DNA of 64,000 nt from an uncultured Acidobacteriota bacterium (GTDB taxonomy: Bacteria > Acidobacteriota > Thermoanaerobaculia > Multivoradales > JAHEKO01). The notes below the pieces were generated by a model. That model was not told where the DNA came from, did not search any database, and saw only the letters and a list, made by a program, of their open reading frames with translations. Below, piece after piece: positions 40,862 through 48,813 of this stretch; the first letter of the stretch is position 1; the number at the start of each line of letters is the position of its first letter. The position numbers were made by a program, and so were the translations under genes. The stretch lies in assembly GCA_963713825.1 (NCBI GenBank), contig CAVQNG010000025.1, forward strand, positions 736,001 to 800,000, given 5' to 3'.

Positions 40862-42535
40862 ATGCGAGCGCGAGTAGTGGTAGGTCTTGTTGTCATCAGT
40901 CTGGTCGCGGCGGTAGGTGCCGCTGCTCCAGGGTCCGGTGCCAAGGCAGTCGCAACCGAAAGCGTGTCGGCGACGGGCCTTTCAATCACGCCGCAGGTTG
41001 CCTACGAGCAGGCGATGCTGCGAATCACAGGCCCCCAGGGCTACCACGGGAGGCAGAAGTTCGAAGCTGGAGCTGCCATTCAGGCGGACCTGACCTCCTT
41101 TGGCAGCAAGTCGTCCCACGGGAACCGTCAGCAACGTGGAGTTCGAGAGGAGCTCGCCGAGCGGACAGCGATGCCCAATGGACGGTACAAGTTCGAGGTG
41201 GCCTTCATGGCCGGCGGCAAGAAGGTCGGCGTCCATTCCGGAATGTTCTTCGTCGAGGGCGGTCTTACCGTCAGCCGGGATTCCAAGAGGTCGCAGCTGG
41301 CGCAGGTCCGTCAGGATCTGGGTCGGGAGCGACAACAGATGGCTGCCAAGGGATCGCGCCCCCAGATGTCGTCGGAAAAGCGTGGATCGGGGCTCAGGAG
41401 CGGCAAGACCGAGGCACCCATGTCCACGGAGGCACCGGTCACGGAGGGCTATCCCATCGCCGATTACATCGTTCTGTACCCCTACTCTGTTCCTACAACT
41501 TGGCTGGGCCTGGTGGCGTACGACTATCTCACCTATCAGTACGAGTCGATGTCGATCTCGAACTACGCTGGCGACCTCAGGATCGCCGACTACTACTACC
41601 CGTCCTACTTCAATCCTTACATTCGGGATCTCATGACCGTGACTAGCTACGGCAACGTCGGCATCGGCACGACCGCGCCCTATAACAGGCTGGAGGTGAC
41701 TGGCTACCCCTCGCAATTTGGGATCGGCTACGATGGATACTACAGTTCGGTGGGTGTCGGGTTTGCGGGTTTTTGGCTCTATGACGACGACTACGAACCC
41801 ATCGCCACGTTCAACCATAACGCGGATGCCTTTACCCTGGTCGTCGATGCTGAGGGCGTGGGCGTGGGCGACTTCCCCTACGTCTACCCTTATGGTTTCA
41901 CTGTCCCCGCTGTGGATCTCCATGTAAAGGACGAAGATCCCCAACTCCTGATCGAGTCCAGCTCAGGCACGACGGCGGGCCGTACCTTGGCCTACATGAA
42001 GAATCCCGGCGATGTCCGGATGTTCTGGGAGAACACCGACTCTGGAGACATCTGGCAGATGTCGATGCTCTCGACGGTGCTGCAGATGGCGACGCCGACC
42101 GGCAATGGAAAGTTTCGGGTCCGGAAGAGCGGCGGCTTGCAGGCCTTGAATGGGTCAACCGAGATAATGGCCCTCAACTCGACCGGGGACCTGACAGTGA
42201 AGTCGGTGACCGAGACCTCCAGCCGAGAGGCCAAGAATGGATTCGAATCCGTGGATGGGCTCTCGGTCCTGGAGAAGGTGGCAGCCTTGCCCATCTCAGA
42301 GTGGAGCTACAAGGTCGACAACCCCGGGGTGCGGCACCTCGGTCCGATGGCCGAGGATTTTCATGCCGCCTTCGGCCTGGGCAAGACCGGCAAGGGCATC
42401 ACCTCGGTCGACACCACGGGCGTGGCCCTGGCCGCCATTCAGGGCTTGAATCAGAAGCTGATGGAGAAGAACGCCCAGCTGGAGCAGCGCTTGCTCGAAC
42501 TCGAGGAGATGGTGCAAGCACTGGCCGAGCACTAG
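40862..42535 (+). CDS. Secreted tail-fibre-like protein with C-terminal S74 intramolecular chaperone, copy 1
   Basis: Signal peptide; GNVGIGTTAP repeat; TSSREAK...WSYK...HLGPMAEDF...GVALAAIQGL followed by a coiled coil. Confidence 0.88.
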   Translation: MRARVVVGLVVISLVAAVGAAAPGSGAKAVATESVSATGLSITPQVAYEQAMLRITGPQGYHGRQKFEAGAAIQADLTSFGSKSSHGNRQQRGVREELAERTAMPNGRYKFEVAFMAGGKKVGVHSGMFFVEGGLTVSRDSKRSQLAQVRQDLGRERQQMAAKGSRPQMSSEKRGSGLRSGKTEAPMSTEAPVTEGYPIADYIVLYPYSVPTTWLGLVAYDYLTYQYESMSISNYAGDLRIADYYYPSYFNPYIRDLMTVTSYGNVGIGTTAPYNRLEVTGYPSQFGIGYDGYYSSVGVGFAGFWLYDDDYEPIATFNHNADAFTLVVDAEGVGVGDFPYVYPYGFTVPAVDLHVKDEDPQLLIESSSGTTAGRTLAYMKNPGDVRMFWENTDSGDIWQMSMLSTVLQMATPTGNGKFRVRKSGGLQALNGSTEIMALNSTGDLTVKSVTETSSREAKNGFESVDGLSVLEKVAALPISEWSYKVDNPGVRHLGPMAEDFHAAFGLGKTGKGITSVDTTGVALAAIQGLNQKLMEKNAQLEQRLLELEEMVQALAEH

Positions 42536-42595
42536 AGGATAGAGCAGCGTGATGTTGGCATAGCTGCCGCAAATCTCATACCGCATCGCTTTCCT

Positions 42596-42637
42596 GGGCG
42601 CGTCTCCGACCTGAATCGGAGACGCGCCCCTTTCTTT
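42596..42637 (+). terminator. Intrinsic terminator
   Basis: GGGCGCGTCTCCGA/TCGGAGACGCGCCC stem followed by CTTTCTTT. Confidence 0.85.
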
Positions 42638-42695
42638 GAACCCCGGGCTCGGGCCCGATTGTGAAATCCGTCACAGTTCTACACCCTCCCTCCGA

Positions 42696-42839
42696 TATAC
42701 TCGTTTCTATCGAGTCGATGTAGTTTGGTGGGTAATGCCTCGTGGCGATTTCGAGGGTTTCTAACCAGATGTTCCGTGGCAGGTCGATGCGGCCGAGTCG
42801 GCGGGAGATTTCTAAAAACCTAACAGAAAGGAGACAGGA
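42696..42839 (+). promoter_or_regulatory. Conserved promoter/leader copy 2
   Basis: TATACT 42696, CCTCG-N9-CGAGG 42738, TGGCA box, AAACCTAACAGAAAGGAG. Confidence 0.6.
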
Positions 42840-44402
42840 ATGAGGACAAAAGTAACTTGTGGATTGTTCATGCTTGTGTTGGCGACCCTGCCGGTCCTGG
42901 CGCAACCTGTGGCGACGGAAAGCGTGTCGGCAGCCGGCCTTTCGATCGCGACCGGAGTTGCCTACGAGGAGGCAACGCTGCGAGTGACAGGCCCAAATGG
43001 CTATAGCCTCAATCAGAGATTCGAGGGTGGTAGCCCAATCATGGTAGATCTGCTTGCCGAAGGTAGTTTCGGTAGGCCTGGAATGTCTGCGCTCAAGCGC
43101 AATGAGGTAGAGATTGGCCGAGGATTGACCGACGGTCTGTACAGGTTCGAAACGATCTTCTTGGCCGGCGGCAAGAAAGTCGACGTCCATTCGGGGACCT
43201 TCTTCGTCGAAAGTGGACTGGCGATCAGTCGAGATGCCAAACGGGCAGATCTGGGCGAGGTGCGTGACGATCTACTCCTCGACGCCGAACATCTGGCGGA
43301 CAGTCAGACAGTGGCAGACAACGTCGATGGTCTGTCTTACACGGAATCATACGCCGCACAAGATCACATCGATATTTTTGATGGCGCCAACGACGGGCTG
43401 ACGTTTCTGTCTCTCGATTCGGACACGAGCGGTGGAAGCCTGATCAACTACATGTTCACGTATAACGACAGCGGTGTTTTTAAGATCGGAACCAGTACCA
43501 ACAGCTCCCGGCCCGTTCCTGATGTGAACTTGGTCAACATCGATTCAACCGCAAAAGTCGGAATAGGTACCACGACGCCAGAAGCATTCTCCCGAATGCA
43601 CATCCGTGGCGCGACATCGGGTCTCATGGTGCTCGAAGAGGGCGATACTGGTCTTGAGACATGGGTAGGACCCTTCGATGACAAGTTCTTGATTGATGGT
43701 ATAGGTGGTGGGATCGAGGTTGGCATCTTGAATAGCAACGGGAATTTTGGGATTGGCACCTTCACTCCCGAAGCCAAGCTTCATATTGAGGACAACGAGC
43801 CTCAGATTCTGGTGAATTCGACCGGAGCGACCACAGGCCGCACCCTCGCCTACCTGAAGAACAACGGTGATGTGAGGTTCTTCTGGGAGAACACCAACTC
43901 CGGAGACATCTGGCAGATGTCGATGCTCTCTACGGTCCTACAGATGTCGTCACCCACCGGGGTGGGAAAATTCAGGGTGCGGAAGAGCGGCGGCCTGCAG
44001 GCGTTGAATGGCTCGACGGAGATCATGGCCCTCAACTCGACAGGTGACCTGACGGTCAAATCGGTGACCCAGACCTCGAGTCGCGAGCAGAAGCTGGGAT
44101 TCGAGTCGGTCGATGGGATCTCGGTCTTGGACAAGGTGGCCGGACTCCCGATCTCGGAGTGGAGCTACAAGGCCGACAATCCGTCGGTTCGCCACCTCGG
44201 TCCGATGTCGGAGGACTTCCACGCGGCATTCGGCCTCGGCAAGACCGACAAGGGTCTGACGTCAGTCGACACTGCCGGCGTGGCGCTGGCGGCCATCCAG
44301 GGCCTGAACCAGAAGCTGGAAGAGAAGGACGCCAGGATCGGCGAGCTGGAGCAGCGACTGCTCGAGCTCGAAGAGCTGGTGCAGGCGTTGGCCGAGCACT
44401 AG
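42840..44402 (+). CDS. Secreted tail-fibre-like protein with C-terminal S74 chaperone, copy 2
   Basis: Signal ending VLA-Q; KVGIGTTTP and GNFGIGTFTP repeats; TSSREQK S74 domain. Confidence 0.88.
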   Translation: MRTKVTCGLFMLVLATLPVLAQPVATESVSAAGLSIATGVAYEEATLRVTGPNGYSLNQRFEGGSPIMVDLLAEGSFGRPGMSALKRNEVEIGRGLTDGLYRFETIFLAGGKKVDVHSGTFFVESGLAISRDAKRADLGEVRDDLLLDAEHLADSQTVADNVDGLSYTESYAAQDHIDIFDGANDGLTFLSLDSDTSGGSLINYMFTYNDSGVFKIGTSTNSSRPVPDVNLVNIDSTAKVGIGTTTPEAFSRMHIRGATSGLMVLEEGDTGLETWVGPFDDKFLIDGIGGGIEVGILNSNGNFGIGTFTPEAKLHIEDNEPQILVNSTGATTGRTLAYLKNNGDVRFFWENTNSGDIWQMSMLSTVLQMSSPTGVGKFRVRKSGGLQALNGSTEIMALNSTGDLTVKSVTQTSSREQKLGFESVDGISVLDKVAGLPISEWSYKADNPSVRHLGPMSEDFHAAFGLGKTDKGLTSVDTAGVALAAIQGLNQKLEEKDARIGELEQRLLELEELVQALAEH

Positions 44403-44462
44403 AGGATAGCGCAGCGTGAGGTTGGCATAGCCGCCGCAAATCTCACGCCGCATAGCTTTCTT

Positions 44463-44500
44463 GGGCGCGTTTCCGGGCTGACCGGAGACGCGCCTTTTTC
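44463..44500 (+). terminator. Intrinsic terminator (homologous to 42596-42637)
   Basis: GGCGCGTTTCCGG/CCGGAGACGCGCC stem followed by TTTTT. Confidence 0.85.
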
Positions 44501-44548
44501 TCTCTGGTCCCTTGGTCGAATCATCGGCGACTTGCTCGCCGCGTCCGT

Positions 44549-44697
44549 TATACTGAATTTGTTCGAGTCAGCTGTGCATTCGGGGGGAATGCCTCGTGCC
44601 AAACTCGAGATCTCATCTCAGACGAGAGGCCCTTGGCAGGCCGATATGGCCGTGTCCATGGGACAAGTCTAGGAACCCCTACGAAAAGGAGGAGGCG
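44549..44697 (+). promoter_or_regulatory. Conserved promoter/leader copy 3
   Basis: TATACT 44549, CCTCG-N9-CGAGA 44592, TGGCA box, AACCCCTACGAAAAGGAG. Confidence 0.6.
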
Positions 44698-46431
44698 ATG
44701 ACGGCGAGAGCGATAGTCGGATTGGCGTTGATGAGCCTGGTGGCGGTGGCATCCGTGGCCGCACCGGGGCCGCAGGCTCGAGTGGTAGCCATCGAGAACT
44801 TGTCGGCAACGGGCCTTACGATCACTCCACAGATCGCTTACGAGCGGGCGACCCTGCGCATTCAGGGCCCGCATGGCTACGTGGGTCGGCAGAGGTTCGA
44901 GGTGGGGGAGCCCATCCAGATCGACCTGGCCTCCTTTGGCAGGAGATCGGCCGGACTCCGGCACCAGAGACCAGGCCTGCAGGACGAACCGGCGAATCGG
45001 GTTGCGATGCCCGACGGCCGCTACAAGCTCGAGGTCGTCTTTGTGGCTCGCGACAAGAAGGCGGGTGTCCACAACGGGATGTTCTTTGTAGAACAGGGCC
45101 TGGCAGTCAGTCGGGACGTCAAACGGGCTCAGCTGGCTACCCTGCGAGGCGACCTGGCCAAGACTCGTCAACAGATCGCAGCAGGCAATCGGGGTGGAGC
45201 ACCGATGTCCGTCGAGCGCCCCGGCCGTCGACTCTCCGGCGAGGGGACCGGTGGGCCGATATCGTTCGAGGCTCCAATACCCGAGGGCGCCGGCTTTGCC
45301 GACTACCTATCGGTATACCCGGTCTTGCGCCCCAACTACACCTGGTCGGCCCTGGGCAATCAACCAGGGCCTTACTCTTCGGCGGCTTGGTCGATGATCC
45401 ACTCCTACGGCTACCTGGGCTTTTATTACGGTGGGTATCCCTATCCCCTGGACCACATTGCCGGCTATCCGTACCCACAGGTCAGCTTCACTCCCGCCTA
45501 TGGCTACTACGGAACCAGGGTCGGAATCGGCACGACCACGCCGGTGGAGACGCTGGACATCAATGGTGCCTACGCATACTGGGGACAGTTCGGTATCACC
45601 GGATATGGCGGCTACCGAAGCTACGTGGGTGTCGGGGGCCTCGGTCTGTGGCTGTACGACGACGACTATGAGCCGATCGTCAACTTCAATCACGGGGCGG
45701 ATCCGGGGACCTTGGTGGTGGATGCCGAGGGTGTGGGCGTCGGCGACTTCTCCTACGGCGTTCCCTTGCAGGATCTTCACGTCAAGGCGGACGAACCGCA
45801 GCTGCTCGTGGAGTCCACCGCCGGGACGACTACTGGCCGCACTCTGGCCTATATGAAAAATCCTGGCGATGTTCGGATGTTCTGGGAGAACTCGGATTCC
45901 GGGGACGTCTGGCAAATGTCGCTTTTGGCGACGGTACTCCAGATGTCGACCCCGTCTGGAGATGGCAAGTTTCGCGTTCGCAAGAATGGGGGCTTGCAGG
46001 CGTTGAACGGCTCGACCACCATCCTGGACCTCAACGCTACGGGCGATCTGACGGTCAAGTCGGTGACGGAGACTTCCAGCCGCGACGCCAAGCGGGGGTT
46101 CGAGACCGTGAATGGGCTGTCGGTTCTCGAGAAAGTGGCCGCCCTGCCCATTAGCGAGTGGAGTTATCGTGCCGACAGCCCTTCCGTGCGCCATCTCGGT
46201 CCCATGGCCGAGGACTTTCATGCCGCGTTCGGTTTGGGCAAAACGAACAAGGGACTGACGTCAGTGGACACTTCAGGTGTGGCCCTGGCGGCGATTCAAG
46301 GCCTGAACGAGAAGCTGGTTGAAAAGGACGCCCGGATCGCCGAGCTCGAATCCCGGCTGCAGGGGGTCGAGGAGATGGAACTCCGACTGCTAGAGCTCGA
46401 GCAGATCGTCGAGACTCTGGTGGAGCATTGA
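44698..46431 (+). CDS. Secreted tail-fibre-like protein with C-terminal S74 chaperone, copy 3
   Basis: AAGGAGGAGG RBS, ATG 44698; signal peptide; RVGIGTTTP; TSSRDAK S74 domain. Confidence 0.88.
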   Translation: MTARAIVGLALMSLVAVASVAAPGPQARVVAIENLSATGLTITPQIAYERATLRIQGPHGYVGRQRFEVGEPIQIDLASFGRRSAGLRHQRPGLQDEPANRVAMPDGRYKLEVVFVARDKKAGVHNGMFFVEQGLAVSRDVKRAQLATLRGDLAKTRQQIAAGNRGGAPMSVERPGRRLSGEGTGGPISFEAPIPEGAGFADYLSVYPVLRPNYTWSALGNQPGPYSSAAWSMIHSYGYLGFYYGGYPYPLDHIAGYPYPQVSFTPAYGYYGTRVGIGTTTPVETLDINGAYAYWGQFGITGYGGYRSYVGVGGLGLWLYDDDYEPIVNFNHGADPGTLVVDAEGVGVGDFSYGVPLQDLHVKADEPQLLVESTAGTTTGRTLAYMKNPGDVRMFWENSDSGDVWQMSLLATVLQMSTPSGDGKFRVRKNGGLQALNGSTTILDLNATGDLTVKSVTETSSRDAKRGFETVNGLSVLEKVAALPISEWSYRADSPSVRHLGPMAEDFHAAFGLGKTNKGLTSVDTSGVALAAIQGLNEKLVEKDARIAELESRLQGVEEMELRLLELEQIVETLVEH

Positions 46432-46610
46432 CGGTACCGGGGTGCAGGGACCGTGACGACATCCCTGGAGATGGCTGATCATGCCTACAATGTGGCCGTG
46501 GATGACAGCACAACTGGACTCGGCGTGGCGGAGTTTGGCGTAAAATGACACTGTCTACGTATAGATAGTCAGTGGAACCGAGACAAATGCAGTTTCTGTT
46601 ATAAGATAGC

Positions 46611-46639
46611 TTGACAAACCCGGAAAGGCTTTGTAGGTT
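46611..46639 (+). promoter_or_regulatory. Sigma-70 promoter
   Basis: TTGACA-17bp-TAGGTT with an AT-rich upstream region. Confidence 0.7.
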
Positions 46640-46691
46640 GAGTTGAGCAGAGGTACATCCGGAAAAGGTGACGTCGAAACGGAGGATTGCC

Positions 46692-47348
46692 ATGACCAAG
46701 ATCAAGTACACAGTTTTGCTTGCAGCCCTAGTTGTTCTTTTGCCCGCAATGGCCAGCGCCAATGCCCTTGATGTCAACGCCAACGCGGCGCTGACGGGCT
46801 CGGTCGGGACCGCCTGTGGTGGCAGTCCTTGTGGCCTCGAGGTCCAGATTACGGACCAGGACCAGGCCTACGTCGCTTCGACCCATCCGGATGCGGAATC
46901 TCACGTCGTTATTACCTTCCGAGTCGACCCCAACGACATCGTGTTGCCCGACTATGGGCCGGACGACAAGCCTGGACGGATTCGTGTCCTCAAGGCCTTC
47001 AACGATGCGGCATCCTCTCGCCAGCATATGTTCGTCACCGTAAAGAGGGGTGCATCGGCCTACAGGTTGGCGGTGCTGCAGCGGAACAACAACGGGGACT
47101 TCGCGTTCATCGGAGAGTTCTTCCTGGGAAACAAGGACAGCGAGATCAAGATCGATTGGACAGCGGGGAACCCTGGTACTGTCGTGGTCTACCGAGATGG
47201 CACTGAGTTTGCCAGGAGAGAGACCCTCAACTTCGCGAACCACAACATCGACGAGGTCCGCCTGGGTGCTCCTGGTGGCGATCCTGATGCCATCACTGCT
47301 GGAGTCTCGGGAAGCGTCTACCTGGACGAGTACGTTTCGACCCGTTAA
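46692..47348 (+). CDS. Secreted beta-rich (ConA/LamG-like) protein, monocistronic
   Basis: GGAGG RBS, ATG 46692; signal ending ASA-N; beta-strand pattern ending IDEVRLGA...SVYLDEYVSTR. Confidence 0.8.
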   Translation: MTKIKYTVLLAALVVLLPAMASANALDVNANAALTGSVGTACGGSPCGLEVQITDQDQAYVASTHPDAESHVVITFRVDPNDIVLPDYGPDDKPGRIRVLKAFNDAASSRQHMFVTVKRGASAYRLAVLQRNNNGDFAFIGEFFLGNKDSEIKIDWTAGNPGTVVVYRDGTEFARRETLNFANHNIDEVRLGAPGGDPDAITAGVSGSVYLDEYVSTR

Positions 47349-47376
47349 GCCTGTCTACCTGTCCGATTATGTCGAA

Positions 47377-47410
47377 GGCCCTCTGTGGTTACACAGGGGG
47401 TCTTTTCTTT
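47377..47410 (+). terminator. Intrinsic terminator
   Basis: GGCCCTCTGTG/CACAGGGGGTC stem followed by TTTTCTTT. Confidence 0.85.
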
Positions 47411-47511
47411 GCCCGGCGATCGTTGCCGAGTGCTTGCCGAAGCCAAAAAGCTCTGGCACAATCGACGCGTTCTGAGGCTACCCTCCCCTGCCTCGGTGCA
47501 GGGACAAGATC

Positions 47512-48813
47512 GTGAAAAAAGCTACGAGTGCTCTTCTCCTGACCGTGCTCACGCTGGCTCTGCTGGAAGTCGGTTCGTGGGTCTACCTGTCCGTTTTCGA
47601 GGATCTGACCTACGCTGATCTCGCGGCAGAGAAGAACAGACAAGTCAATATCGTCATGGCGGGGAAGAACCCCGGCGACGTGAGGTTCTGGAACAACCAG
47701 AAATTTCAGCTGCATCCCTATTTCGGATATACGCTCGAGCCCTGGAGCGCTGACGGCGTCAACAACGCTGGACTGATCTCCGAGAAGACCTACCCTTACG
47801 TGTCGGACGGAAGCTCCCTTGCAGTGGGTGTCTTCGGTGGTTCGGTGGCAGGGAACATCTTCTTCCATATCGACAAGGTGCGTCGGCAGCAGCTGGAGAA
47901 GCTCCTGCTTCCCCTTGTCGCCGAGAAGGGATATACGAGCGTTGAATTCCTGAACTTCACGCTGGGAGGCTACAAGCAGCCCATCGATCTGTTCAACTTC
48001 ATCTACTACCTCGAAACGATCGACGTCGCCATATTCATCGGCGGGTTCAACGAGGTCCATCAATTCAGCACCAACGTGGAGGACCATGAGTTTCCAGCCG
48101 ACTTCCCGAAGTGGAAGTACTGGAGAACGCTAGGGGAGGGAACCTTCAGCCCAGCCGAGCTCAGGCTCATCGGCCGACTGGCGAGAAATCGCGATTGGCA
48201 GAACGCTGTGACCGGCTTTGCGTCGGCACCCGTGTTGAATCGCAGCATGTTCGTGCACATGCTCTGGAGAGCGGCAACGGCTGTCCTGATGAAATCGGTG
48301 AATGAGAGCAGGGCGGAGTTGGATGAAGAGGAGGGCAACGAGCGTGTCTATCCTCAGGTCGCCGACAGCGGTGACTTGGAAGATATCGCTGGTGTCTTTC
48401 TCGACAAACTCGGCAGTTATATCAGAAGCGCTGACGCGGTCGGGCGGGCTGGTCAGGTGCTGACTTTGTTCGTCATTCAGCCCAATCAGTACGTTCCGAG
48501 CTCGAAGCCGCTCAGCGACGTCGAGAAACGTGACTTCTTGACCAGCGAGAACCTGCCCCAGGTCATCTCTGAATGGTACCCGCGAATCCGCGAACTGTAT
48601 GGCGAGCTCGGTGCAGAGGGCATCTTTACCGTCGATTTGACTGAGGTGTTCTCCGATACGCAAGAGACCACCTACGCGGACGAGTGCTGCCATCTCAATG
48701 CTCTGGGTCGCAGAATCGTAACCGACAAGATTTTCGAGTCCATGATTTCCAGGGAAGGGTTTCTGGACACTCTGCCGAGGACGGATCAGCGGCAAAGGAA
48801 CGAGCTGCGATGA
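47512..48813 (+). CDS. Membrane-anchored SGNH-fold protein (possible glycan O-acyltransferase/esterase)
   Basis: N-terminal TM, HPYFG, VFGGSV (block I), GGFNE (block III), DECCHLN (block V). Confidence 0.7.
   Translation: MKKATSALLLTVLTLALLEVGSWVYLSVFEDLTYADLAAEKNRQVNIVMAGKNPGDVRFWNNQKFQLHPYFGYTLEPWSADGVNNAGLISEKTYPYVSDGSSLAVGVFGGSVAGNIFFHIDKVRRQQLEKLLLPLVAEKGYTSVEFLNFTLGGYKQPIDLFNFIYYLETIDVAIFIGGFNEVHQFSTNVEDHEFPADFPKWKYWRTLGEGTFSPAELRLIGRLARNRDWQNAVTGFASAPVLNRSMFVHMLWRAATAVLMKSVNESRAELDEEEGNERVYPQVADSGDLEDIAGVFLDKLGSYIRSADAVGRAGQVLTLFVIQPNQYVPSSKPLSDVEKRDFLTSENLPQVISEWYPRIRELYGELGAEGIFTVDLTEVFSDTQETTYADECCHLNALGRRIVTDKIFESMISREGFLDTLPRTDQRQRNELR

Noticed and set aside
42556-42571. GG-N10-GC (TGGCATAGCTGCCGCA) in the duplicated 3' UTR
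   Set aside because: The -12 context is poor (CCGC) and it lies just before a terminator; probably chance.
40862-46431. Prophage or tailocin interpretation of the S74 genes
   Set aside because: There are no capsid, tail, integrase or lysis genes, and each gene has a Sec signal and its own promoter-like leader.
40862-46431. Diversity-generating retroelement or invertible shufflon acting on the fibre genes
   Set aside because: No reverse transcriptase or recombinase is in the window, all copies face the same way, and differences do not look adenine-specific.
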